Source: Salpingoeca rosetta (lineage: Eukaryota; Protista; Choanoflagellata). From it: DNA of 64,000 nt. Of this stretch, positions 1-24,667 are shown one piece after another; within the stretch, counting starts at the first letter, position 1; each line of letters starts with the position of its first letter. The stretch is taken from positions 486,638 to 550,637 of the forward strand of contig JAWQFM010000025.1 in assembly GCA_033442325.1 (NCBI GenBank). The letters are read 5' to 3'. Made by a program: the position numbers and the translations under genes. Under the pieces are notes generated by a model. That model saw only the letters and a list, made by a program, of their open reading frames with translations, did not search any database and was not told where the DNA came from.

Positions 1-124
1 TGTCGTCAGCGTGGTGGTGGTGGTGGTGGTGGTGGTCGGGGTCGTTGTTGTCACCATTGTTGTCGTTGTCGTCAGCGTGGTGGTGGTGGTGATGGTGGTG
101 GTCGGGGTGGTCTCGGACGGCTGA

Positions 125-3483
<3,359 letters not shown>

Positions 3484-3751
3484 ACAAACCGCGTTCCAAA
3501 ACCAAAAAAAAAAAAAAAAAAAGGAAGAAGGCGCGGGCGTGACGCTCTGCGTGCGCGTGTTCCTTCTGTGTGGTTTTTGTGCTCTAGCCATGCTTCTCTT
3601 TTGTGCATGCTTGTTTGCCCTGTCTTTGTGTCCCTGTACTCTCTCTGCCCGACACACACCCTTCTCACGTTTTGCCTTGACTGTGAAGCAATAAAAACTC
3701 TACCCCACAACCTTGTTGATGATTTCCACCAAACTTCCGCAACGACGATGA

Positions 3752-5083
3752 ATGATGATGCGGGCGACCATCAGCATCATCATGCTTGCTTCAAGACCAA
3801 CCGCCTCCCCCACCCAGCATCACCACCGCTGCCACACCCACGCCCTCGCCTCGCTCGTCCTCTTCCTCCTGGCCCTCCTGTCTTTGCGGTGCGACGGTGC
3901 GGCGGTGATGGAGGAGGATGACGCGGGCGCGCTCCATATCAACACGAGCGACCCACTGCTGCAGCCCGTGTACCTCAACGGCATGGACGTGTCCGCCTTG
4001 CTAGCTGCACAGCAGGATGTGATTGAATCGCAGGCGAGCCAGCTGGCGGAGCTGCAGGACGAAAGTAAGGCGCTGCGTGCATTGCTGTGTCGCAGGTATC
4101 CACTGAGCGCCAGCTTGATTGCGGGTGCGGGCAGCGTCTCCAGCAAGTGGGCTGGCGGCGTCTTGGCTAATAACGGCCTCATCTACGGCATCCCGTTCTC
4201 GGCCGAGTTCGTCCTTATCATCGACCCAGCCACGAACACCATCGATCTCAGCACCATTCCAACCCTCTTTGGCGGAAGCAAGTGGTCCGGTGGGGTGCTT
4301 GCGGGCAACGGCTTGATATTCGGCATGCCACACGATGCCCGGTCCGCCTTCATCATTAACCCAGAAGCAAACACCGCTGACCCTGTCACCGTGCAAGGGT
4401 TCAGCCCCAACCAGGCCAAATGGGGCAGCGCCGTTCTCGGCAACAACGGCCTCATCTACGGCATCCCATTCACGGCACCCTCCGTCCTCATCATCAACCC
4501 GGACACCAAAGCCTCAGATACAGACGCGCTGTCTGGCCTGACCGGCTCGGGGCTGGGTGGGTTCAAGTGGTATGGCGGCGTCGTCCCCGACACCACGAGC
4601 ACCAAAATCTTCTGCATCCCGCGCGACGCAGAGGCCGTGCTCATCATCGACACGGCCACCAACAACACCGACGTCACCGTCATCGCCGGCCTCCCTCAAC
4701 AGAGCTTCAAGTGGCTGGGCGGCGTCCTCGCACCCTCGGGCCTCATCTACAGCATCCCTGCAGGCATCAAGAACGTGCTTATCATCGACCCCACAGCCAA
4801 CACCACCGACATCACCTCCATCGACGGCTTCTCTGGCAGCAACAAGTGGATTGGCGGCGTGCGCACCACAGACGGCCGCGTCATCGGCATTCCCTACTCT
4901 TCGTCCGCTCTTCTTGTCATCGACCCAGCAACCCAGTCGAGCGAACGCATCGCACTTGGCCAACTGGACGGCCTCGACCCGTCCGAATTCCGCTGGTGGG
5001 ACGGTGTCGTCGCCGACAACGGCGCCGTCTACGCCATCCCCTTTGACGCACAGCACGTGCTCGTCATCGACCCGGGCTGCTGA
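3752..5083 (+). CDS. Intronless, putatively secreted or membrane-anchored protein: hydrophobic segment, short coiled coil, 7 repeats of KWxGGVLxxNGxIYxIP...VLIIDP (predicted 7-bladed beta-propeller)
   Basis: 443-aa open frame. It contains the hydrophobic stretch LASLVLFLLALLSLRC, the heptad-like SALLAAQQDVIESQASQLAELQDESKALRALL, and seven clearly aligned ~45-aa repeats. The true start codon is uncertain. Confidence 0.85.
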   Translation: MMMRATISIIMLASRPTASPTQHHHRCHTHALASLVLFLLALLSLRCDGAAVMEEDDAGALHINTSDPLLQPVYLNGMDVSALLAAQQDVIESQASQLAELQDESKALRALLCRRYPLSASLIAGAGSVSSKWAGGVLANNGLIYGIPFSAEFVLIIDPATNTIDLSTIPTLFGGSKWSGGVLAGNGLIFGMPHDARSAFIINPEANTADPVTVQGFSPNQAKWGSAVLGNNGLIYGIPFTAPSVLIINPDTKASDTDALSGLTGSGLGGFKWYGGVVPDTTSTKIFCIPRDAEAVLIIDTATNNTDVTVIAGLPQQSFKWLGGVLAPSGLIYSIPAGIKNVLIIDPTANTTDITSIDGFSGSNKWIGGVRTTDGRVIGIPYSSSALLVIDPATQSSERIALGQLDGLDPSEFRWWDGVVADNGAVYAIPFDAQHVLVIDPGC

Positions 5084-5475
5084 CTGGAGAAGTGGGAGGC
5101 ATGGGGCGCGAGTAAATGGGGTGGGGCAGAGACAAGAGGCGCTGGAGGAGGCACAAGATATGAGGGGGATTGTGTTGTGTGTATGTGTATGCGTGTGTGT
5201 GTGTGTGTATTTCACAGATAGCGTGACTGGTTCTTTGCCACGCTTCTTCTGTTGATGTTCCTTAAGCATGTGAGTTGACAGCTTACGGTGCATTTTGGAT
5301 TGGGAGTGAACGAGAGATAGTAACGCGAACAGCAAAACGCAGGCATAGATGAAAGGAGAAGGAGGGGTAAGCCCATGAGAAATGTTAGCGAGGGAGGGGG
5401 GGGGGGGCAAAGCGAATGAAACGGAACGCAAGGAGGGTGTATACAAGCACAGGGACAAACATCCGAGCTCCACTA

Positions 5476-5512
<37 letters not shown>

Positions 5513-5563
5513 CCCCCTTCACACATCCCCCACCCCCACCACACACACACACACACACATCCA

Positions 5564-7855
5564 TCACCAACTCCAGTAGCGCGGCTCACATCTCTCCTTC
5601 CCCTGCATGAGGACGTGCGCCATCTCTGCTGGTGTGCGGCCAGTCATCACGACGTCTGGCCACCGCCACGCCTTGTCTTCCGTCGTGCACTCCCGCAGCA
5701 CCAGTGATCCAACAGACGGGAGGTCGTCCACGCTGTCAAAGGTACACCGCGACAGGATGAGCCGCTGCACGTGCTCGATGCACCCCGCAAACGCCTCGAT
5801 GCTGCAGTGCTGCAGCCGGCAGTGTGCAACGTCGCGCACGCCCGTCACTACAAGCTGCTCGCGTGCACGAGCCATGGTCTTGCGTCCAGCGCCACTCCCA
5901 TCCGCTGTCGCGCTGCATGATAAGCCCAGTATTGCCTTTTCGATGATCAGCGACTCGATGCGTGACACTGAGACGGATCCTGAGCACAAGGAGAGGTCGA
6001 GGCGATCACAGCGAGAGAGCTCGCCGGCAAAGTTGCACTCACTCAGGTGCAACAGCTTGCGCCCAGACAACAGATGCAGGTCATGCACGCGCCGGTGCTG
6101 CAGCAGACCAGGCAAGAGCAAGTTGGGCACATTGCTCATCCAAGCGCCGCGGTAGCCGTCAATCCCCTCCAGGTACACCTCCAAAGCATTGACGCACGTC
6201 GGCACGGGCCCGTCAACGCACACGCTCATCAGCTGCACATGGACATCGTCAGGGATGTCCTGCAAATCAGCCATGTGCGCAACAGTCGTGCCACGAAGCA
6301 CGAGGCTGTCGACGCGCCGGCCCAGGTCTGCGAGCTGCTCCCGTGTCAGCGGCGTGTTCAGATTGAGGTCCACCTTATGCGCGTGCTCAAACTCTGGAAT
6401 GGCTGGCGGCGTGTGTGAGAAATCGTCAATGATGAGCGTGTCGATGCGGGCTGGGCACGTGACGCGCTTCACACGGAAGGTCGACACCAACTCAATGTGG
6501 GTGGCGTTTGGGAGGTGCAGCACATCTGGCGCTGTTAGAAGGGAGTGCAGCTTGACGTTGGCGGCCTGCAGCGTGTCACATCTGAGCGCAACGCGTGAGA
6601 GCTTAAGTTGTTGTGCTGTTGCGAACGCTTGCTGCTCATTGGCAAACCGCACTCTGATGAGAGACAACTCCTTGATGCTCGACAGTGGCGAAAGGTCAAC
6701 GCCTGCTGGTGACGCCAGGTCCACAGGCTGATGAGGACAGCTGTACCACGACAAGGTGATGGCGGGGATGCCTGCAAGCACGCTAATGTCATTTACCGAT
6801 GCTGCATTGTTCAGGACAAGCCGTTCCACGCCCGCAAATGTGCCGCGTATGCTGCGTTGTGTCTCGTGCGTCATCCAGTTGACGTGGGCCACCTTCTCGA
6901 ACGAGACTTGGTCAACGGCAGCCTCGAGCGTGGAGAGGTACAGCTTGTTCACATCACGTGCGGCCAGCGAAGACAGGCCTGCGGTCACGGTAAGGTCCAC
7001 ACGGCTGCCCTGCACACCAGCCAAGGTTGTGTCGCGCAACGCACTCCACCGATCAACCTGCTGTTGATTGTGCAGTGTAGCCACCAGCGAGAACACTGCT
7101 GGCCTTCGTGGCTGCTGCTGGTGCTGCTGCTGGTACTGCTGCTCTTGCTGCTGGTGCTTGTGTTGTTCTGGTGGAGCTGTGTTCATATCGCGAGTGTCCT
7201 CCATCCCCTCCGCTGCTTGCCCCTCCTCCACGGCCTCTTCCTCCATCTGCTCATCGTGCGATGCAGTAGCCCATGCGTCCATGGCGGACAGCTTCGCGAA
7301 ATGCACGCGTCCGCACCGAGCAAACGTTGACCAGAATCCTCCTGCCGTGCGCGGAGTTGTCATCAGCTTGGCCTGCAGGAAGGGGCATCTGCTGTCCCAT
7401 GTGACGCCAAGCCAGGTGTACGCGAGAAAGCGGTTCTCCAGCCACACCTCGCGGGATACGGTTGTGGTTGAGGTGCCTCCGGCGGACGTGTCTTCGTCGT
7501 CGTCGTCCTCGTCCTCCTCCTCCTCTTCCTCCACGCGGACAAGGGCTGGCTGAAACGTGTCCATCCAGTCCACGATGAGCATGCGCTGGCAAGCGGCCCG
7601 TGAGATGAACGTGTTGTATGCAGTCTCTGTCAGCAGCACGTCTGACAGGCACCACTTGGGCATTGCCCACGGCAAGTCGAGGTACAGCTCGCGGCAGGTC
7701 ATCATCAGGTTGCAAAACGCCCGGACGCCGTCACGTCGCGTGCATCGTGCGTGCATCGCTGACATCAATGTCACAGCATCGCCTTGCACTGGCAACATTG
7801 CGAACAGCTGCTCCGCGATGAGGGCCCATTCGCTCACGCTCACAGTGTCGCTCAT
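5564..7855 (-). CDS. Intronless protein with divergent leucine-rich-repeat-like C-terminal half and possible F-box-like N-terminus
   Basis: 763-aa open frame with non-repetitive codons. LxxLxL-like motifs recur (VERLVLNN, IKELSLIR, IDTLIIDD, VDSLVLRG, VQRLILSRC, VGSLVLREC), along with acidic and Q-rich linkers. The family assignment is tentative. Confidence 0.7.
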   Translation of the reverse strand: MSDTVSVSEWALIAEQLFAMLPVQGDAVTLMSAMHARCTRRDGVRAFCNLMMTCRELYLDLPWAMPKWCLSDVLLTETAYNTFISRAACQRMLIVDWMDTFQPALVRVEEEEEEDEDDDDEDTSAGGTSTTTVSREVWLENRFLAYTWLGVTWDSRCPFLQAKLMTTPRTAGGFWSTFARCGRVHFAKLSAMDAWATASHDEQMEEEAVEEGQAAEGMEDTRDMNTAPPEQHKHQQQEQQYQQQHQQQPRRPAVFSLVATLHNQQQVDRWSALRDTTLAGVQGSRVDLTVTAGLSSLAARDVNKLYLSTLEAAVDQVSFEKVAHVNWMTHETQRSIRGTFAGVERLVLNNAASVNDISVLAGIPAITLSWYSCPHQPVDLASPAGVDLSPLSSIKELSLIRVRFANEQQAFATAQQLKLSRVALRCDTLQAANVKLHSLLTAPDVLHLPNATHIELVSTFRVKRVTCPARIDTLIIDDFSHTPPAIPEFEHAHKVDLNLNTPLTREQLADLGRRVDSLVLRGTTVAHMADLQDIPDDVHVQLMSVCVDGPVPTCVNALEVYLEGIDGYRGAWMSNVPNLLLPGLLQHRRVHDLHLLSGRKLLHLSECNFAGELSRCDRLDLSLCSGSVSVSRIESLIIEKAILGLSCSATADGSGAGRKTMARAREQLVVTGVRDVAHCRLQHCSIEAFAGCIEHVQRLILSRCTFDSVDDLPSVGSLVLRECTTEDKAWRWPDVVMTGRTPAEMAHVLMQGKERCEPRYWSW

Positions 7856-7867
7856 TGTGGCAACTGC

Positions 7868-7909
<42 letters not shown>

Positions 7910-8392
7910 TGTGTGTGTGTGTGCAGTGGGTTTGTTCCAACCCTTGAATGCGACAATTAATTGGCTGTTGTGTCAGAAATACAGCACACACCCTCCACTT
8001 CGCGCGTTCTCTTGTGTCACGCCCACAACAAGTCCTCCACGTCCACGTTCTCCTTTGCGTACTGCCTGCAGCAACGCTTTTCGAAGTGATGCGAGTGTGT
8101 GTTAGGGTGTGCGTGTGTAGTTGGTCTTGTTGGTGTCGTTGTGTAGATGTGCATGCGGTAATGCAATAAGCAGTCACATCATGTAATGTCGTCATGCAAG
8201 TGTTTTCTGGAGAGCGCCGAAGTTAACGAGAACAACTGACAACAACAAAGAACCATTGCAAAGAAGAAGAGTGCCATGACACGATGCACTGATGCAGGAC
8301 CAGGCAAAGTCTGAGAACGCAGAGCCAGCAATCGAGCAACACACGCTGAAACTGGGCGCGACCTGTGCTGTCAAACACAGGCTTTCTCGTTG

Positions 8393-10853
8393 TTACTCGT
8401 GCAACGAATCGAGCCACCGCACCCCCATCTTGGTGCGTGGGTGGTCCGGGCCAAGTGTGTCCATCCAGATGTCGACAGCTTGTTGAAACAGCTGTTTTGC
8501 ACGGTCATACTCGCCCTTGCTGTTGTACACCTGGCCCAGGTCATGGTATGTGGTTGCTGTGTCTGGATGCTTCTCCCCCAGCGTGTCCAGTGTAATCTTC
8601 AAATCTTTCTGGTAGCACTCCAGCGCGCGGCCATACTCACCCTGGTTCTTGTACACCTGGCCCAGGCTGTTATACGTGTTTGCTGTAGATGGATGCTCCT
8701 CCCCCAACGTGTCCAGGTCGATCTGCAGGCACTTCTGGTAGTACTCCAGAGCACGGTCATACTCACCCTTGCTGTTGTGCACTTGACCCAGGACGTTGAA
8801 TGTAGTTGCTGTGGATGGATGCTTCTCTCCCAACGTGCCAAGGTAAATCTGTAGACACTTGTGGTAGTGGTGGATGGCACGGTCGTACTCGCCCTTGCTG
8901 TAGTGCATCTGGCCCAAATTGTTGTAGGTGCCTGCTGTGGACGGATGCTCCTCCCCCAATGTGTCGAGCTTGATCTGCAGGCTCTGTTGGAAGTACTCCA
9001 CGGCGTGGTCATGCTCGCCTTTGCTCTTGTACACGAGGCCCAGGTTGTTGTATGCGGTTGCTGTGTACGGATGCTTCTTCCCCAGCGTCTCAAGGTAGGT
9101 CTGCAGGCACTTGTGGTAGTAGTGGATGGCGCGGTCATACTCGCCCTTGCTGCTGTACACCTGACCCAGGCCGTTGTATGTGGTTGCTATGTCGAGATGC
9201 TTCTCCCCCAGCGTGTCCAGCTGTATCTTCAGGCTCTTCTGGTAGTACTCGATGGCGCGGTCATATTCGCCGTTGCTCTCATACACTCCGCCAAGCTTGC
9301 CGTATGTGCCTGCTGTGGAAGGATGCTCCTCCCCCAACGTGTCCAGTGCAATCTGCAGGCTCTTTTGGAAGTACTCCTGGGCGCGGTCATGCTCGCCCTT
9401 GCTCTCATACACCTGAGCCATGGCGTCATATACGCCCGCAACGTTTGCGTGCTCTGGCCCGTGTCGCTCCAGGTAGATGTTCAGGGACCGCTCAAACAAA
9501 GACAATGCGTGGTCGTAACGACCAGCAGTTTTGAGAGACACACCAACGTTGTAGCAGAGGCGCGCAAACTGGGGCGTATCAACCTGCTCGTCATCAGCTG
9601 GCTCCACAAAGGAGAGCATCTCTGAGAAGCACCAGTTCCGCATCTGGTCCTTGACCACCTTGTTCAAGTGTAGGAAGCCAACGCCGTCCTCAATCGCCTT
9701 GAAGATCATCTCCTTGTCCTTGGGGTCCCAGGCGTCTGCCCGCTCGGCCTGCACGCGCACCATTGCGTCTGTTACGGCCTCGAAGGTCTCCAGCACAGCC
9801 TCCTTCAGCGCGTCTCGCTCTGCGTTCGGCAGCCGGATGGTGAGCTGCACGTCTTCCTGACTTGCGCTGCAGAAGATCTCCCACAGGCACCATGCCCGTG
9901 TCAGCGGCACGGGGTCGTGCCACGGTGTCAACACCAGCAGCACGTGGCCGATCGCAGCAATGGACTCCTTGAACGTCGTGCTCCACCTGCAGTGTGTGTG
10001 TGTGTGGGGGGGGGGGGCAAGGACGGGAGGTTGAGGGCATGGGTTGCAGAGGTGACAGGTGGAAGTGAACAACGAACACACACAGACACACATGTATACA
10101 CGCACACACGAACGCACACACACACACACACGTACACACACACACACACACACACAAACGCACACACACACACACAAACGCACACACACAGGTACAGACA
10201 CAAGCTCCATACCACTCTTGAGGAAGGTTGGCTGTGATGTCCGTATTCTGGTTGTTGATGAAGAGATCGAACCAGAAGAACACTTGCGCTTTGTCTTCGC
10301 CGTCGTCCTCGCCTTGCTCGCCTGCAAACTCCAGGAGGGTGCCAATCACGTCCACGATCTTGTAGCGCCACGCGTGCGACACAAACACGGTCGCCTTCCT
10401 GCCCACGTGCTGTGAATCCATGACGTCGACATACGCACACTGCTTCGCCTTGGTGCGTGGGATCACCACGCTGTCGCACGCCTCTTTGGTGGTCATCTTC
10501 TGGTACGTGTCTGGGTGTGCGGCCTTGAGATCGGCAAGGAACTGGCGCAGCCCAGCAGGCGACACGCCTTCCTTGCGGATCGCATGTTCGTCCTCGGCAG
10601 AAACAGTAGTCGAAGTGGTCGGTGCTGGGTGTGCTTGGTGTTGTGTCACGCCCTTTGCGTCTTCGCCATCGTCGCCTCGCTGTCCTTCTTCGCTGGTAGG
10701 CTGCTGTTGTGGCTTCGCGGTGCTTGATACTGGTGTCTCATTCACCACGTCAACAGCGGCCGTTGAAGCGGCGAGCTCGCCTCCTTTCTGTCGTGCTTCG
10801 GCTGGCTCTGGGTCGCGAGCGGTGGATGAGGAGCGGCGGCAGCAGGAGAACAT
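8393..10853 (-). CDS. HET/TIR-like domain + nine 42-aa kinesin-light-chain-type TPR repeats (exons 10853-10213 and 9986-8393)
   Basis: ATG at 10853 (MFSCCRR). A GT-AG intron at 10212-9987 joins in frame to give LPQEWWSTTFK. Motifs VFVSHAW, FWFDLFINNQ and LTRAWCLWE are followed by 9 repeats of the type AxTYxxLGxVYxxKGEYDRAxxYYxKxLxIxLxTLGExHPxT. An upstream exon inside the gap cannot be excluded. Confidence 0.88.
8420..9570 (-). repeat. Coding tandem repeat, about 126-bp unit x9 (TPR array)
   Basis: gcggtcatactcgcccttgct...ggatgcttctccccca recurs at about 126-nt spacing. Boundaries are approximate. Confidence 0.85.
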
Positions 10854-10864
10854 CGTTCGGCTTG

Positions 10865-10906
<42 letters not shown>

Positions 10907-11320
10907 NNNNNNNNNNNNNNNNNNNNNNNNNNNNNNNNNNNNNNNNNNNNNNNNNNNNNNNNNNNNNNNNNNNNNNNNNNNNNNNNNNNNNNNNNNNNNN
11001 NNNNNNNNNNNNNNNNNNNNNNNNNNNNNNNNNNNNNNNNNNNNNNNNNNNNNNNNNNNNNNNNNNNNNNNNNNNNNNNNNNNNNNNNNNNNNNNNNNNN
11101 NNNNNNNNNNNNNNNNNNNNNNNNNNNNNNNNNNNNNNNNNNNNNNNNNNNNNNNNNNNNNNNNNNNNNNNNNNNNNNNNNNNNNNNNNNNNNNNNNNNN
11201 NNNNNNNNNNNNNNNNNNNNNNNNNNNNNNNNNNNNNNNNNNNNNNNNNNNNNNNNNNNNNNNNNNNNNNNNNNNNNNNNNNNNNNNNNNNNNNNNNNNN
11301 NNNNNNNNNNNNNNNNNNNN
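10907..11320. other. Assembly gap (N run)
   Basis: Run of N. The 3' end of TEX261 runs into it. Confidence 1.
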
Positions 11321-12673
<1,353 letters not shown>

Positions 12674-13057
12674 CTCCGTCCGTCTGTCTGTGGAAAGCGT
12701 GTGTGTATCTGCTTTGCTTCCTGCTTCTTGCTTGCTCTTTGGTTGATCTTCTTGCTTGGCAGTTGTGTGTTAGTTGTGCATCAAATCAATGCCCACCATT
12801 TCCCCAATTTTATTATTTGAACTTCCACAATCGCTGACACCTTCTCGCTGCTGCTGTTTGGCGAATCAGAACCGCCACTCAACCTGCTGCCCGTGCTCAC
12901 TGCCAGAGGCAGTACCCACGCTTCAGAAACAGGCTTCGTGTGGCGCGTGTGTGTCGGCTTGCTGTGGTGTCGCACTGCCCGAGGGCTTCCTTCTTTGCTG
13001 CTTTGAGCCCCCCTGGCCTTCAGCAGAAAGCGCCATTTGTTGCAGACGGCCGCCACC
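12674..13057. promoter_or_regulatory. Probable compact bidirectional promoter between TEX261 and XPO7
   Basis: The two start codons are head-to-head about 385 bp apart, and the interval has no long microsatellite. The XPO7 ATG lies in a perfect GCCGCCACCATG context. Confidence 0.55.
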
Positions 13058-21927
<8,870 letters not shown>

Positions 21928-21976
21928 AGCGTCTCCACACATGCCACGCTGACACAATGACGCGGGCGTGTGAATG

Positions 21977-22063
<87 letters not shown>

Positions 22064-22215
22064 GCACGATTGCGGTGGCTGTTGTTGCTCCATGGCGTTG
22101 TTTGGGTTTGTTTGGGTGATGTGACTAGGACTATGTCGTACAATACAGTGGCCGCCTGATCTGCGTGACGAAACTCCCGATGGATGTGAAGCACATGCAC
22201 GATGAAGAAGCGCAC

Positions 22216-24622
22216 GCCCTGGGCCATCTGAATTGCCTGCTGCATGTGCTCAATTTTGCCCTGACAGCGACACAAAGTGAGGGGGGTGCGGGTGAGGGTT
22301 GTGGAGAAGTGATATAAGTATAGGACGACGCGTGAATTGAGTCAGAATGAGTGCATGCAAAGGTAAAGATGTGCGCGTGTTAGCATTGTCTGCGATATTG
22401 CGTTCCAACACAACCAAGGCGCACCGAGAAAAAATGAAATGAACGAAACAACCACAGTCGACACTGCACAACACAGCAAACCGCCAACGCATCCACGGCA
22501 CCACAACATGTCAGGAGTGTGCACCTCTGCAAGCTTGCGCGTGGTTGCATTGAGGTCTTCGACCACTGTGCGTGGAATCAGCAATGCGTTGTGGAACATG
22601 GGATCAAAGTCGTTCTCGTGTTGAATCTCAACCTGCCCGTTCTGCACAGTAATGAGCACTTCCACGTCCACATTCAGCGCAGCACGCTGCTGCTCAAGCT
22701 CAGTCAGCCGCTGGTGTTGTGTGTGTGTGTGTGCGTGTGTGCGTGTGTGTGTGTGTGTGTGTATGCATGTGTGTGCGTGTGTGTGTGTGTTTAGGTGTGT
22801 GTGTATGTTTAGGTGTGAGTATATAATAAAAATGAAGTTGTATCCGTGTCAAATCAGGGAAACGAGGAACAAACCAAGTACAAACAGTCAATGCTTCGAC
22901 AGCACAACACAGTAAATACAACCACCCAAAGCACAATCACGTACGTAGAGTGCGCTCTCAATGGCGTTGACGAGTTCCGTCTCCTGCTCCCGCCGCCGCG
23001 ACAAATACTCCTGAAACCATCAATGCGGCAGCGCAATGGGCGAGGAATTAGTGAGCACGCACGTAACGTGGGGCGTGTTGAGGTGTGTGTGTGTGGGGGG
23101 GGGGACTCAGGCTACTGCTGCAAATAGATTCTCATGGGCTTGACGTTCGCATCGTTGCCCCATTCATGCCCACCACCAACACCACCTCCTCCAAACACCA
23201 CCACCTCCAATAATGCCACATATTCCCCCCCCCCACTTCACACCATGACGGTTACCTCGGCCTCGGCAAGCTCAGCCATCTTCTCCCGCACGCGTATTTC
23301 ACTTTCAATCTTCTCGTCTCGGAGCTTCACCACCCTGCAGTCGCAGTGACGACATGCGTGCCATGGAGTGGTGCGTGACGGAGGTGGTGGAGATGATGTG
23401 GAAAGGGTGCTGGATGTGAGAAGAACGATCAGGGCACGGCAACGCTGTCGCATCACACCTGGCAAAGCGACCAAGTGACCTAGCAAACGTGTGACACTTG
23501 CACGCACACAAGTAGTCACATAGACACACACCCCCCATCTATACGACGACGACAACGACCACCACCACCACCACCACCATGCACGGCTGCGCTGGCCACC
23601 TTGCCCAGACGGCGTCTTCAATGTCCTGCGGGCGGTCGGCGTCTGTCAGCGGCGCCAGCGACGACCGGTGCTGTCCGCGCTTCGGACGGCGCTTGAACAA
23701 CCTGACACACATCACACGCTCAAATGGGTGAGGGGAAGGGTTCACACTGTGATGAGTCGAGTGTCCACTCAAGTAGGGCTTGCAAGCACACACACACATA
23801 CACGCATACACATACACACACACATACATGCGCGCACAAACACACACACACACATCTCAAGTCACATGGCTGTGCCACCTGAAGAGGAGGTCAACGGTGC
23901 CGGAGTCCAGGTCCGCAAACTCGCGACGGGAACGGAAGGACTTCTCTAGCTGCTTTTCGGCGTGCTGCGCCTCCCCAAGTTCCTCATTGATCTCAGCAAC
24001 GACCTGTTGGTGGCGGTGGTCGTGGGGGATGGTGGTGGCATTGTTGAGTGGACGCAGCGAAGGGGGAGGGGCACCAGCAGCAAATGCATCTTCGTCTGCC
24101 CACTGCACCACTGCACCACCCCTTGATCAAATCCTCTCATCTCACCCCCATCACCCCACAACCCCATCACCGCCCCCTTCTCTCTCTCAACCTGACCTGC
24201 TGTGCGGCCTGCACGGCGTGGGAGCGCGGCCCCTGCTGCTGGCGGTGCCGCTGCAGCTGCTCGCGAATGGCCATCGCCTCGTCCACAATGTCCTGTTCGT
24301 CCTGCAGCGATTTGGCGAGCTTGAGCACAGCGAGCTCCTCCCGTGCCACCGCCTGCTCGGCCTCAATCCGCTGCCGGAACAGGTCCTCAAGGCGCGAGTC
24401 AAAGTGGCGCCGGCTGAAGGGGGAGAGGTGAAGAAGTGGGGGGGGGGGTATTGGGAGAAAAATGAGGATGTGAACATAGCGTTTGACGCTTGACGTGTCA
24501 ATGCATCATCGCAAGGGATTGGATACGACGGGACGCAAACACATATACGCACACACACACAGACACACAGACACACACACACAGAAACACAAATACACAC
24601 ACACACAGACGCAAGACGCAAG

Positions 24623-24667
<45 letters not shown>

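Noticed and set aside
1-115. Imperfect ~65-bp direct duplication (tgtcgtcagcgtggtggt...gtcggggt)
   Set aside because: It is a low-complexity local slippage duplication in a DHX15 intron with no element features.
8393-10345. The 650-aa ORF as the true protein, or kinesin light chain
   Set aside because: Its first ~120 aa read through an intron in the wrong frame. The spliced product has a HET/TIR-like domain, not the KLC heptad region.
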